From Anaeromyxobacter sp. (GTDB lineage Bacteria; Myxococcota; Myxococcia; Myxococcales; Anaeromyxobacteraceae), in assembly GCA_049840735.1 (NCBI GenBank), contig JASGJN010000013.1, forward strand, positions 256,001 through 320,000: a stretch of DNA of 64,000 nt. The letters are read 5' to 3'. The translations under genes and the position numbers were made by a program. Below are positions 11,042 to 20,733 of the stretch, piece after piece. How positions within the stretch are numbered: the stretch's first letter is position 1; every line of letters begins with the position of its first letter. The notes under the pieces are model-generated. The model saw only the letters and a program-made list of their open reading frames with translations, was not told the DNA's origin and ran no database searches.

Positions 11042-13253
11042 CTAGAACTTCTTCTGCGGCTCGCGCTTCATGTGTGTGCGGTTCCACTCGGCGGCGAGGT
11101 CGTCGTGCCGCGCCTTGAGCCAGTGGTCCGCTTCCCGGATCGCCCACAGGCGCTTCCGGCCGCCGTCCGTGCCGACGAGCTTGCCGTTGTTGACCTGCTC
11201 GAAGCCCTGCTCGGCCAGTTCCCGGCCCAGCGCCGCGCCGTCGATGCAATCGTTCTGGAGGTCGTTCCGCGCACGGGCCGCCAGCTGGTCGGCGGACCAG
11301 AGCGCCGGAACGTTCTCGGCCTTGCGCTCCACTGGGATGCTTGTCGGGAGGAGGAAGGTCGGATCCTCGTGCAGCCGCGCCACCCAGGCACCGAGCGGCG
11401 TCGCGCTCGCCGACATCATGTTGAGCTTCGCGTCAGTGCTGGGCGGCGCCACCGCGTTGAACCTCGACGTGTCCACCTCTTCCAGCAAGTAGTGGAACAG
11501 CGCCGCGAGGTTCCGCGGGTCGGAGGCCGCGCTGAAGTAGCGCTCATAGAACTCGGGAGCCGCCTTGTCCCTCGGCGCCTGGATGACGAACCAACGCCGG
11601 TCCGTCCTGTCGAGGAACAGCGCGTCGGCACGGTTGGACGTCAGGTACAAGTTGATCGTGTTCCGGATCGTGATCTCGGGCTGGTACTTCCTGTTGATGT
11701 TGATCTGCCCGGCGTACACGATGTTCTTGAACCGGTCCGCGTCCTGGCGACGGTCGCTGCGCGTCGCGCTGACCTCCTCGACCTGGACAAACTGCTTGTA
11801 GGTGAGCGTCTCCTGGAAGTTGGCGTGGAGGCGGTCGCTCCGGAGCACGGTGCCGTTCGATCCGAAGATGCCGACGATGCGGCGCTGCTCATCCCCCGCG
11901 AACGGCGCGGCCAGGCACGTCTTGCCCGTCCCCTGGGTCGGGCCCCGAATCAGCGTTCCATACGTGAGCCGCCCGGGGTTCTGCAGCTGCCAGGCGAACC
12001 ACTTGATGAGCGTGTCCATCGTCTCGGGCTCGCGCTGGGTCACGAACTCGACGAGCCGCAGCCACCACCCGACGTCGCCAGGGCGAGGCTCGACGCCCCA
12101 GCCGTCCCAGGCGTTCCAGTGCCCGTTCACGAACCGTCCCTTCCCCGGCTCGTAGGTGATGCCGCGCACCTTCAGGCGGTGGGGCCACTCGTTCCACGCC
12201 TGCGCCGTGCGCACGACCCGGGCGACTGTCCGCTCACCGGCGGTCTCGAACACCGTGAACTTCCGGTCGGCGAAGCGGGTGTGGATGAGAATCCTGCCGG
12301 TTCAGGATCCGGCTGCCGTCGAACACGAGGTAGCGTGACGAGTCCTGCAGGACGGCCACTTCCTTGTTCATGGCCCAGAGGGCCTGGGATGCCGCGTAGG
12401 GTTCTGCGTGCGCGAGGATCTCCTCCCGGACCGCCTGGGCGGCGTCGCCACCCTCGCGCTCCGCGCGAACCATGAAGTCGTCCAGGCCCGCCTTCGGCAG
12501 CTTGCCGCTCGGCTCTGCGGCGGGGTTGACGGGCGGCGGGGGGACGTTCTGGACATGCACGACCGCGCCCAGCTGCGTGAGGATCTCGGCGAGGAACCCC
12601 TGCGCCCGCCGGACGTCGGGGTTCGCCGTTAGGTCCGAGTCGAACACGATCGTGACGCGCCTGCCGCGCCACTCGATCTTCTTGAGCGCGGGTAGGACGT
12701 CGATGCCCTTAGCCGCCGAACGGAACGACCACACACCCCCGAGCGCCAAGGTCAGGACGCCCCGAACCGTGGCGCAGATCGCCTTCACCTCGCCCTCGGT
12801 CAGGACGAGCTCGCGGGTGGGGTCGGAGAAGACCGCGTCCCAGTCCACGCCAGGAACGCCCGGGATGTAGAGTTCCGGGTCGGTTCCTCGCGCCTGCTGG
12901 TACCGGATGGCGTCGCCGTCGCTATCGATGGGCAGCTGCGACCCGAGGTAGCGGAGCCGGAAGAACTTGAGCGCGCGGCCCGCGGCGTCGCTGTAGGGGA
13001 TGAGCAGGGCCGCATCGTGTCGCCGGTAGCCGAGCAGCTTCCGGATCTGCGTCCCGTTGAGAGCCTCGATGCCCAGCGACTTCGTCGCGAGCGCCCACTC
13101 GACGCCACGCTCGCTCAGGTACTCCTTGGCGAGCTTCAACAACTCATCGCGCGCCATGTCCGGGAAGAACCCGGCCGCCGCGTCGTCCCCCTCGCCACGA
13201 GCGCGCGGCTGCCTCACTGCCTTGAGATGCGTAACTGCCTTGCTTCCACCCAT
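11042..13253 (-). CDS. Primase-helicase replication protein (Toprim/DUF3854-like N-terminus plus P-loop DUF5906-like helicase), split by a frameshift near 12290
   Basis: LTEGEVKA, IVFDSD and KAGLDDF in 12234-13253; GPTQGTGKT Walker A, VQVEEV and DRRWFVI in 11042-12253. Confidence 0.85.
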
Positions 13254-13319
13254 TGCCTGCTCCCAGCTTTCCTAGATGCGCCACGTCGCGAGCCCCCGCC
13301 GCGCAGTGCCGCTGGTTCG

Positions 13320-13568
13320 CTACTTGACCTTCGGCATCAACTCTTCCGGAGCGACGCCCAGCGCCGGGGCGAGCCTCTCCGCCATGCCTCGCGAGATCTG
13401 TCCGCTCTGCTCAGCGCGCCAGATCGATGTCGGGTTGACGCCAGCGACGCCGCCCAACCTCGCGAACGAGAGCCCGCGCCCCTGGCGCAACCTCCGGAGG
13501 CGGTCGCCCGCCGGGATCGTTCCGCGGGTGACTGCCGCGGTCGCCGTCTCTTTGTCTCTCGTGCCCAT
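13320..13568 (-). CDS. XRE-family HTH regulator
   Basis: DRLRRLRQGRGLSFARLGGVAGVNPTSIWRAEQ...ERLAPALGVAPEEL. Confidence 0.85.
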   Translation of the reverse strand: MGTRDKETATAAVTRGTIPAGDRLRRLRQGRGLSFARLGGVAGVNPTSIWRAEQSGQISRGMAERLAPALGVAPEELMPKVK

Positions 13569-13703
13569 CTCGTCTCCTGTTCGATGACCGGCGTGGTCAT
13601 CAGCATCCGCAAGCAATGCTCGCCGACGATCGGCGATCGCGCACTACGGCTGTTTCGCGCTCTGTGTACGCGGGGTTGGGGCCGCCTGGACGTGCACTCG
13701 TAG

Positions 13704-14312
13704 TCACCATGAGCGAAGATTGCTGTGTCGGGGCTCCCCCGCCCTCCGACGAACCGCCAGGGCCCGGCGCGTGCGCCCATCACGCGCCGGGCCCTTCTTC
13801 GTCTGGATGCCGCCGGTCAGCTTCCACGCCTGTCGGGCTCGCCGGATCGCGCTCCGCACCTCGGCACCGTCCATCGTTCCGCGAGCTAGAAACTCGACCG
13901 CCAGGGCGGCCACCTCGTGCCAGCGCGCGTCGACGAGGACGCGAGCCCGCTCCCAGAGCCACCGCAGGTAGGCGCGCCGCTCGCTGCCGTCGGTCCGCGG
14001 CGATCCCAGCCCCGCAGCCGTGGCCGCTGCGCTCAGGTCGTTGCTGGCGCCGAAGTACAACATGGCGGCGGACCGCCGCCCCACTCCGCCGGCGGTGTAG
14101 CGGAGGAGGCGGCCAGCGTGCCGCGCCGCCGCGATCGGGCCGGCGTACGCGACGAGGATGGTGACCTCGGCCGACGCGGCACCGTACTCGACCCAGGCAC
14201 GGTGGCCCGGGGTGGGAACGATGGTGGCGAGGTGGACCGGCGCGCCCAGCGCCTCGGCGACGACGGCGTGGGCGGCCTCGTGGTGGGCGACGCGGGCGAG
14301 CAGAGAAGACAC
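13704..14312 (-). CDS. Stand-alone peptidase M41 (FtsH protease domain)-like zincin
   Basis: AHHEAAHAVV, ATIVP, AGPIA and GASNDL motifs; no AAA+ or TM domain. Confidence 0.7.
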   Translation of the reverse strand: MSSLLARVAHHEAAHAVVAEALGAPVHLATIVPTPGHRAWVEYGAASAEVTILVAYAGPIAAARHAGRLLRYTAGGVGRRSAAMLYFGASNDLSAAATAAGLGSPRTDGSERRAYLRWLWERARVLVDARWHEVAALAVEFLARGTMDGAEVRSAIRRARQAWKLTGGIQTKKGPARDGRTRRALAVRRRAGEPRHSNLRSW

Positions 14313-14320
14313 GGGCGGCC

Positions 14321-14994
14321 CTAGTACGTGCGCGGCCGGAGCCCCCAAGCGAAGACCAACGGGTCGTGCTTGGGCCCGTACATGCCGAACTCGTCGGCCG
14401 GGTCCATCTCGAGCACGGGGTCGTACCAGACGTGCTCGTAGCGGCGGCGCAGGCGCTTCATCCGCTGGTGGAAGGGGAGGAGTTCTCGTCCGAGCCGGCT
14501 GAAGTGGTACTCGAACACCAGCTTCTCCGCGTCGGGCAGGAGGTCGCCGTCCAGCAGCCCGGCCTCGGCGCCCTCGATGTCCATCTTGATGCCGTCGTAC
14601 GCTCCGCCCAGGTCGCGTGCGTGCATGTTCGGCAGCGCACCGAAGGGATGCGTCGCAAGGCCGGGCACGTCGAGCATGGTGGCGCGCCAGTGGTTCAGTG
14701 GGTTGGTGCTCTTGTGGAACAGGAGCGCCCGCTCGTCCCGGTCGCTGACAGCGCACTGATGGAGCGCGAACCCGGCCGCGTTCTTCGCGAGCAGCGTGAA
14801 ACAGTCGGGGTCGGGCTCGTAGCAGTCCGCGGTGGCACCGCGCAGCTGACAGTGCAGGGCGAACGCGCCGATGTTGGCTCCCAGGTCGAGCCAGTGCTCG
14901 CCCCGATCGATGGTGAACCCGCGTAGCAGCGGTTGATGAGCACCTCGTTCAGCGCGTCCTCGTCGCTCGTGCCGGGGCGGTAGTAGATGGTCAT
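14321..14994 (-). CDS. FkbM-family SAM-dependent methyltransferase (frameshift near 14922)
   Basis: YRPGTSDEDALNEV then WLDLGANIGAF, YEPDP, IKMDIEGAE and FEYH. Confidence 0.85.
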
Positions 14995-15362
14995 GGCGTT
15001 TCTCCGTCGACGTCGCCGAGGAGCGAGCGCGGAGGAACTGGACCGCCGCTACTCGCGCCTCTTCGTGGCGAGCGTTCGTCGGTAGCCCATCATTCACAGG
15101 ATTCTTCTCCGTTCACTTCCGAGCACGGCGGTCGATGTCGATTGCCCCGCACCGCGCGTTCAATCGTAAGAACGTCCGCCCGTTACACGTCGTCTGCTGA
15201 AATGGCTAACGGGTCGGGTGCGACGAGGACGCGCGGATCGCGTCGCGCTCGGCTCTCTGCGGCCAGCGCACCCTGCGACGAGAGGGGTGGGTCGAGCCTT
15301 CGGCTGATGCAGGCACCGCACGGAAACGGTAGCAGCACAGGCACTCTGCGCTCATCCATGGC

Positions 15363-15601
15363 GGGAACGGCAGGAACGGCTTGGGAACACTAGACCGTTC
15401 CCGGGAAAGGCAAGTAGTCCCGAGACCTTGATCCTTTCAGAACGGCAGAACGGCTATTTCGGGAAATTCTTCGCATGCAGGTGGGTAGGGCAACGCCCAA
15501 GCAAAGTTTCCCGGGAATGACCGTTCTGCCGTTCCGGCCCTCCAGAACGAGAGGCAGTAGAGCGAAATCGTGGAACGGACCCACCGTTCCTAGCCGTTCC
15601 C
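15363..15601. repeat. Nested inverted iteron array (GAACGG/CCGTTC), candidate replication origin
   Basis: About 10 GAACGG/CCGTTC copies arranged symmetrically; TTCCCGGGAA palindrome at 15398 and 15508; lower-GC intergenic region between divergent arms. Confidence 0.7.
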
Positions 15602-15642
15602 TATGTGGCGCCTACGTAGGCGCGTGCCCCCGCGCGCAGGCC

Positions 15643-15710
15643 GAGGGGTGGGGCGGGTCGATTCTTCAAACCAATGCGCGAGCACCCGCGCGCCGTCGCG
15701 AAAATCGTGA
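15643..15710 (+). other. Candidate cos/packaging-site region
   Basis: G-rich tract GAGGGGTGGGGCGGGTCGATT...CCCGCGCGCC...AAAA just upstream of P27-type terS genes; recognised by position and pattern only. Confidence 0.35.
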
Positions 15711-15844
15711 GCCCGTTATCGTGAACTTGGTCCGGCGCCCACCCAGCCTTGTTCGGCGTCGTCCAGCGGCCACCCCGAGTCGTCCGACGGCGACCGCCGA
15801 GATACAGACGTGCGCCGCCCCGGGCCCGCGCCGAAGATTGCGGC

Positions 15845-16108
15845 ATGAGCCACGCAGACCGCGTCCGCCTCGCCGACACGCCCCCGCCCGCCGACCTGCC
15901 CGCTGACATCGCGCGCGTGTGGTGCCGGCTCGCCCCGCTGGTCGATGCCGGCGGCGTGACCGTGCTCCGCCGCCACGTCCCGTTCGCGTACCGCGCGCTG
16001 GCCGAGAGCGTCGCGCTGCACGCGCGGCACCGGAAGCCGCTCACCAACGACATCGTCTGGCTGCGTACCTTCGGCATCACCGCGCAGCAGGTCGCCGCCG
16101 TTCTCTAG
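15845..16108 (+). CDS. Short TerS-like paralog (P27-type motifs)
   Basis: PPADLPADIARVWCRLAPLV...LRTFGIT parallels PPRGMSAAMRRVWRELAAQV...LQRFGLD in the next gene. Confidence 0.5.
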   Translation: MSHADRVRLADTPPPADLPADIARVWCRLAPLVDAGGVTVLRRHVPFAYRALAESVALHARHRKPLTNDIVWLRTFGITAQQVAAVL

Positions 16109-16117
16109 GAGAGCACC

Positions 16118-16546
16118 ATGGCCCGCCCCCGCCTGCCCCGCCGCGTGAAGGAACTCCGCGGCACGCTCCACCCGGAGCGCGAGCCCAAGAACCCCGCCAC
16201 GTTGCCCGGCTGCCGCGTGCCTGCGCCGCCGCGCGGCATGAGCGCCGCCATGCGCCGCGTCTGGCGGGAGCTCGCGGCCCAGGTCGACGCGATCGGCTGC
16301 TATGGGCCCAGCGACTACACTTCCTTCCGCCTCCTCGTGCACGCCGTGCACACGGTCGACAGCCTGGGCGACGACGTCGCCGACAGCCCGCGCTTTCGCT
16401 TCATGGCTGCAGCCTCCGCCATGCTTCAGCGCTTCGGGCTCGATCCGGCGAGCCGCAGCCGCGTGGAGCGGTCGGTTCCCGGCAGCACCGCGGCGGTGGA
16501 CCCCGACGACGAGTTCGCCCAGCCCGGCCTCCGCATCGTGAAATAG
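16118..16546 (+). CDS. terS: Phage terminase small subunit, P27 family
   Basis: N-terminal MARPRLP..KELRGT, PAPP..VWREL and C-terminal FGLDPASRSRV; RBS AGGAGAG. Confidence 0.82.
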   Translation: MARPRLPRRVKELRGTLHPEREPKNPATLPGCRVPAPPRGMSAAMRRVWRELAAQVDAIGCYGPSDYTSFRLLVHAVHTVDSLGDDVADSPRFRFMAAASAMLQRFGLDPASRSRVERSVPGSTAAVDPDDEFAQPGLRIVK

Positions 16547-16827
16547 CTGCGCCGCAGGCAGCAGGAGCGCACCACACTAATGGTGCGCGTCCGCGAGTTC
16601 CGGTCAACAGTTGAGGCATGGTGACTGTCGGACAGCGGAGCGCTGCGAGCTCAATTGAAGGCACGAGGTCGTGTGCGGTAGGGCGCCCTTCTCCTCGCCC
16701 TGTCGCTACCCGGCTGGCCCTCGTGCCGCAGCGCCCTTGTGCGCACCGCTACCCGCTACGTCACCTCGGAGCCGGCCCGGCGCACACCGTGGCCGGCTCC
16801 GTTCTCTTCCACGTGCGGGGTGACCCC

Positions 16828-17367
16828 ATGACTTACGAGCAGGCGAGAGCGGCAGTGACGCGGGCAGAGGCGGATGTGGCTGCGGCGGAGAAGGCGACCG
16901 TCGACGCCCAGGGCGTGGAGAAGGCGCTGCACGAGCAGGTCGCCGAGGCCGCTTACAAGAGCCTCTCCGCCGAGAGCCTCGACCCGCTCCGCGAGAAGCT
17001 CGCGCAGGCCACCGCCGCGCTGGCCACCTTCCGCTCTCGCGAGCGCCAGGCACACCGCGCCCTCGCCCAGGCGCAGGATGTGCTCGGGCACGTGGAGCGC
17101 TACCGCAAGTTCTACGACCGGAAGATGGCGGCCATGAAGCGCATCGCCGAGTTCGACAGCGCCATCGCCATCATGGTCGGCGAGTTCCGCGAGCGCATCA
17201 ACGCCAAGCTTGCGGAGCGGCAGGCCGTGGTCGCCGAGGCCGACAAGGCGCTCGCCGAGGTCCCCGTCCACGTCCGCATCGTCGTGGAGGGCATCCCGTA
17301 CCCGGCCTCGGCCCGCTCCTGGGCCCCGGTGCTCGATGCGCTCGCCAGCGCCAGCGGGGTGCACTGA
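16828..17367 (+). CDS. Coiled-coil protein (possible scaffold or capsid-size factor)
   Basis: A/E/K/R-rich helical sequence directly upstream of the capsid gene. Confidence 0.6.
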   Translation: MTYEQARAAVTRAEADVAAAEKATVDAQGVEKALHEQVAEAAYKSLSAESLDPLREKLAQATAALATFRSRERQAHRALAQAQDVLGHVERYRKFYDRKMAAMKRIAEFDSAIAIMVGEFRERINAKLAERQAVVAEADKALAEVPVHVRIVVEGIPYPASARSWAPVLDALASASGVH

Positions 17368-17615
17368 TGGCCCAGCGTCGACCGTCATCCGCAGACCAGG
17401 ATCTCGTGGGGCGCGTCGCCGACGCGTACGTCCACCGCATCGTGGCCGAGGCCGGACGTCGGCACGCGCTGGCCACGGTCCGCGATGCTCGGCGCCGCCC
17501 GCGCGCAGCGCTCCGGCCGGGCCCCGTCGCCCAGGCCGCCGCGCCCGCTCCCCCTCCCACCCGCAGCACCACAACCGACCGGCCGGGCGACCCTCGCGCC
17601 ATGAAGGAGAGCACC

Positions 17616-18653
17616 ATGCAGAACATCTGGAAGGGCAGCCTCGCTGGCTACGCCCTCGCCGTCCGCAACGCCATCACCAAGAAGGCCCCCGTCGACCCGC
17701 GGCTCGGCATCTTCGCCGCCAACCAGCCCACCACCATCGGTACCGAGGGCACCGGGGCGGACGGCGGCTACCTCGTCCCGCCGGACGTGCGCTCCGCCGT
17801 GGTCCAGGCCGTGCTCGCCGAGTGGAGCCTCCTCGGGCAGACGGACCGCCACCCCACCAAGTCGAACAGCGTGACGATGCCGGCCGACGCCGCCCCCGCG
17901 TGGCTCTCCTCCGGCCCGCAGCCGGCGCTCGACCCCGAGGCCGCTGCGTTCAAGCAGGCCAAGGGTGCCCTGGAGAGCCGCACGGTCCGCCTCACCAAGC
18001 TCGACGTGCTCGTGCCCGTGACGGACGAGCTCGTGGAGGACGGCGCCGCGGCGCTGGACGCCTACCTGAAGCAGGCCGTCATCGACCGGCTGACCTTCCG
18101 CATCAACGACCACCTGCTCAACAACTCCGGTGCCGGTGGCCCGCAGGGGATCCTGAGCTCGCCCGCCCTCGTCACGCAGACCAAGGAGAGCGGGCAGACG
18201 GCCGGGACGGTCGTCTACGCGAACGTCCAGAAGATGTGGAGCCGCCTCTACTCGCCGAGCAAGGCGCGCGCCGTCTGGATCGCGCACTCGGACGTCGAGA
18301 TGGCGCTCCAGGGCGTGACGGCGCCCACGGGCGCCCCGGCGCTGGTGTACGTCCCCGGTGAGCCCTTCCCGCGCCTCTTCGGCCGCCCCGTGCTCGTCAC
18401 CGAGGCTGCGCAGCCAATCGGCACCGTGGGCGACCTCGTGCTGGTGGACCCGGGGTCCATCTTCACCGCCATGCGCGAGGGCGACAACGACGGGCTCAAG
18501 GCCGACTTCTCGATGCACGTCTGGTTCGACCAGGGCATCAGCGCCTTCCGCTTCACGATGCGCGTCGGCGCGGCGTCCTGGTGGGCGCAGCCCGTGAGCC
18601 GCTACCGCGGTGGCGCGACCCTCAGCACGCACGTCGCTCTCGAGGCCCGGTAA
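17616..18653 (+). CDS. HK97-fold major capsid protein (alternative in-frame start at 17367)
   Basis: DGGYLVPP, KLDVLVPVTDELVED, GPQGIL, LFGRPVLVTE and AFRFTMRVG; RBS AGGAGAGCACCATG. Confidence 0.92.
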   Translation: MQNIWKGSLAGYALAVRNAITKKAPVDPRLGIFAANQPTTIGTEGTGADGGYLVPPDVRSAVVQAVLAEWSLLGQTDRHPTKSNSVTMPADAAPAWLSSGPQPALDPEAAAFKQAKGALESRTVRLTKLDVLVPVTDELVEDGAAALDAYLKQAVIDRLTFRINDHLLNNSGAGGPQGILSSPALVTQTKESGQTAGTVVYANVQKMWSRLYSPSKARAVWIAHSDVEMALQGVTAPTGAPALVYVPGEPFPRLFGRPVLVTEAAQPIGTVGDLVLVDPGSIFTAMREGDNDGLKADFSMHVWFDQGISAFRFTMRVGAASWWAQPVSRYRGGATLSTHVALEAR

Positions 18654-18711
18654 CCAAGCTCGGTGCGGGGCGGCTAACCGCTGCTCCGCGCCGAACTACG
18701 AGGAGGCTCCC

Positions 18712-18792
18712 ATGCTCATCTACGTCGCCTGCGCAGTCGCCGGCTCGCTGGCCGCCTACCTCCGCTACCGCAACGTCGGGGACGGGGCATGA
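18712..18792 (+). CDS. 26-aa single-TM peptide
   Basis: Strong RBS GAGGAGG; MLIYVACAVAGSLAAYLRYRNVGDGA; stop overlaps the next start (ATGA). Confidence 0.5.
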   Translation: MLIYVACAVAGSLAAYLRYRNVGDGA

Positions 18793-18998
18793 CTCCCGGC
18801 GCCGCACGGATGCAGCGGCTGCGGGCTGCGCGCGCAGCTGCAGGACTCTGCCGGTGCGGACGCCAGCCGCCGGCCGGGCGCAAGGCCTGTGCGCTCTGCC
18901 TCGCCCGCAACCGGGCATCCATCCAACGTCGTCGCGCCGCGGGCTACAGGCTTGTCTGGGCGCGCCGCTCCACGCGCACGCAGCGCCGGGTCGCCTGA
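18789..18998 (+). CDS. Small Cys/Arg-rich zinc-finger protein
   Basis: GLCRCGRQ...CALC; translationally coupled to the upstream peptide. Confidence 0.55.
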   Translation: MTPGAARMQRLRAARAAAGLCRCGRQPPAGRKACALCLARNRASIQRRRAAGYRLVWARRSTRTQRRVA

Positions 18999-19008
18999 GA
19001 GGAACACC

Positions 19009-20733
19009 ATGTCCGTCCCCGAGATTGTCCTCAACCGCTTCATCGGCAGCCGGCCCGACGCCCGCGTGCGCGCCGATGAGATGCTCCCGGCCGCCGCCGT
19101 GGTCGCGGAGCTCCAGGCCGCGGCGGCGCGTGGCGAGTCGGTCGTGCTCCTCCGCCTGGACGAGTGCCCCGGCGGCCAGTGCGCCGAGAGCTTCGCCCTC
19201 TACGACGCCCTGCGCGCCTACTCCGCGGGCGGTGGGGTCGTCGTGGCCCACGTCACGGGCTGGGCGTCCAGCACCGCCGCCGCGCTGGTGGCCGCTGCGG
19301 ACTACGTCGTCATGGACCGAGGCGCGGCCATCATCGTGCACGCCATGTACGGAGGCGCGACCCAGGACGTCGCCCAGGCCAACGCGGTCATGCTGGGCAT
19401 CCTCTCCGCCCGGACCGGCACGCCCGAGGCGGACCTGCGGCACTGGCTCACGCTCCGGGATGGCACGCCCGGCCCGAACTTCGCCGAGCTCGACCCGGAC
19501 GCTGCCCTTTCGCACGGCTGGGCCGACACCATCGGTCCGCTGGAGCGGGCGCGTGCGCTGGCGGAACGCCTCGCCCGCTGGCCCGAGGACCGCCCCCTCA
19601 CACCGCGCCGGCTGGTGCTCGCCACCAGGGACGAGCCCCGGCTCCCGCCGCGCGTGGACGCGCGGGTCTGCGGCGTCAAGCTCGACCACCTGGGCACCGC
19701 GCTCAAAGCCGCTAAGGAGAACGTCCAGATCGGGTCGTACACCATCGAGGAGACGCTCGCCATGACAGCCGCGGCGAACTTCCCCCGGGTCTACAAGTTC
19801 CCCACCAACAACGTAGCTGTTGTCCACAACGGCTCTGGGTACGTCGCGCTGTGCACGTCCAACGGCGCCGCGTACTACAGCGGCGACTACGGGGTCACGT
19901 GGACCGCGTACACGTGCCCGGCGCTGGTCTACCGGGACATCTGCTACATGAGTAACGTCGCTCGGTACGTGGCCGTCGGTGACAGCGGCTCTGCGTACGG
20001 TGGCGGTCAGTCCAACTGGACCTCGCTCGCGCTCACCGGGTCCTACTACGCCATCGCGTTCTCGCCGACGCTGGGCATGGCTGTCGCCGTTCAGGCTTCG
20101 GGCGCGGCCACGACCGCGTACAGCTACACCACCACGGGCACATCGTGGACCGCGGGCACCATGAACATCGCAGCGTTCTGGGGAGGGGTTCGCTGGGTGG
20201 GTGGAACGGTGAACCGGTTCATCGCGACGGGCCGGACCGCCGCGGGCAACCCGGTCTGCTACTCGTCCACGAACGGGACTACGTGGTCCAACGAGTCCCT
20301 GCCGAACGGCGGCACCACGTTCCTCTCCGGGCTGAACTACCCGACCGTGGTGGTCAACTGCGACTACTCGAAGATCGGGATCATCTGCCAGGGCTACACC
20401 TGGCTCCGCCAGACGAACGGCACGTGGCTCTACTACACGAACGACCTGACGGGCATCCCGAAGCAGGGCTCGGGCAGCCCGCTCGTGTTCGTCGTGACCC
20501 AGAGCGGCACCACCAAGAACTGGCTCAGCACGGACCTGCGCACGTTCCGCGAGTTCAGCGCGGCCGACGTGGGCATGGGCAGCAACTTGGATTACGCGCT
20601 GTTCGAGTCCAAGGCGTACTCCCAGATCTCGCGGTTCATCGCGGTGGGCGGCTCCGGGTTCGGCGCGGGCATGGAGTACCAGATTCTGGTGACCCGGCGC
20701 GGAGAGCGGCATGTCGACTTGTCGCTGCGGTAG
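19009..20733 (+). CDS. ClpP-like (S14) prohead protease fused to a C-terminal BNR/beta-propeller-like domain
   Basis: PGGQCAESFALYDALR, GWASSTAA (Ser), IIVH (His), AALSHGWAD; then S/T/G/Y/W-rich repeats such as YSGDYGVTWT and SSTNGTTWS. Confidence 0.78.
   Translation: MSVPEIVLNRFIGSRPDARVRADEMLPAAAVVAELQAAAARGESVVLLRLDECPGGQCAESFALYDALRAYSAGGGVVVAHVTGWASSTAAALVAAADYVVMDRGAAIIVHAMYGGATQDVAQANAVMLGILSARTGTPEADLRHWLTLRDGTPGPNFAELDPDAALSHGWADTIGPLERARALAERLARWPEDRPLTPRRLVLATRDEPRLPPRVDARVCGVKLDHLGTALKAAKENVQIGSYTIEETLAMTAAANFPRVYKFPTNNVAVVHNGSGYVALCTSNGAAYYSGDYGVTWTAYTCPALVYRDICYMSNVARYVAVGDSGSAYGGGQSNWTSLALTGSYYAIAFSPTLGMAVAVQASGAATTAYSYTTTGTSWTAGTMNIAAFWGGVRWVGGTVNRFIATGRTAAGNPVCYSSTNGTTWSNESLPNGGTTFLSGLNYPTVVVNCDYSKIGIICQGYTWLRQTNGTWLYYTNDLTGIPKQGSGSPLVFVVTQSGTTKNWLSTDLRTFREFSAADVGMGSNLDYALFESKAYSQISRFIAVGGSGFGAGMEYQILVTRRGERHVDLSLR

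Noticed and set aside
11042..14994. Frameshifts in the primase and FkbM genes (also dam and the IS256 transposase) as evidence the element is dead
   Set aside because: They cannot be distinguished from the window-wide indel noise.
15363..15601. Possible CRISPR array
   Set aside because: Repeats are 6-18 bp, in both orientations and irregularly spaced, and no cas genes are present.
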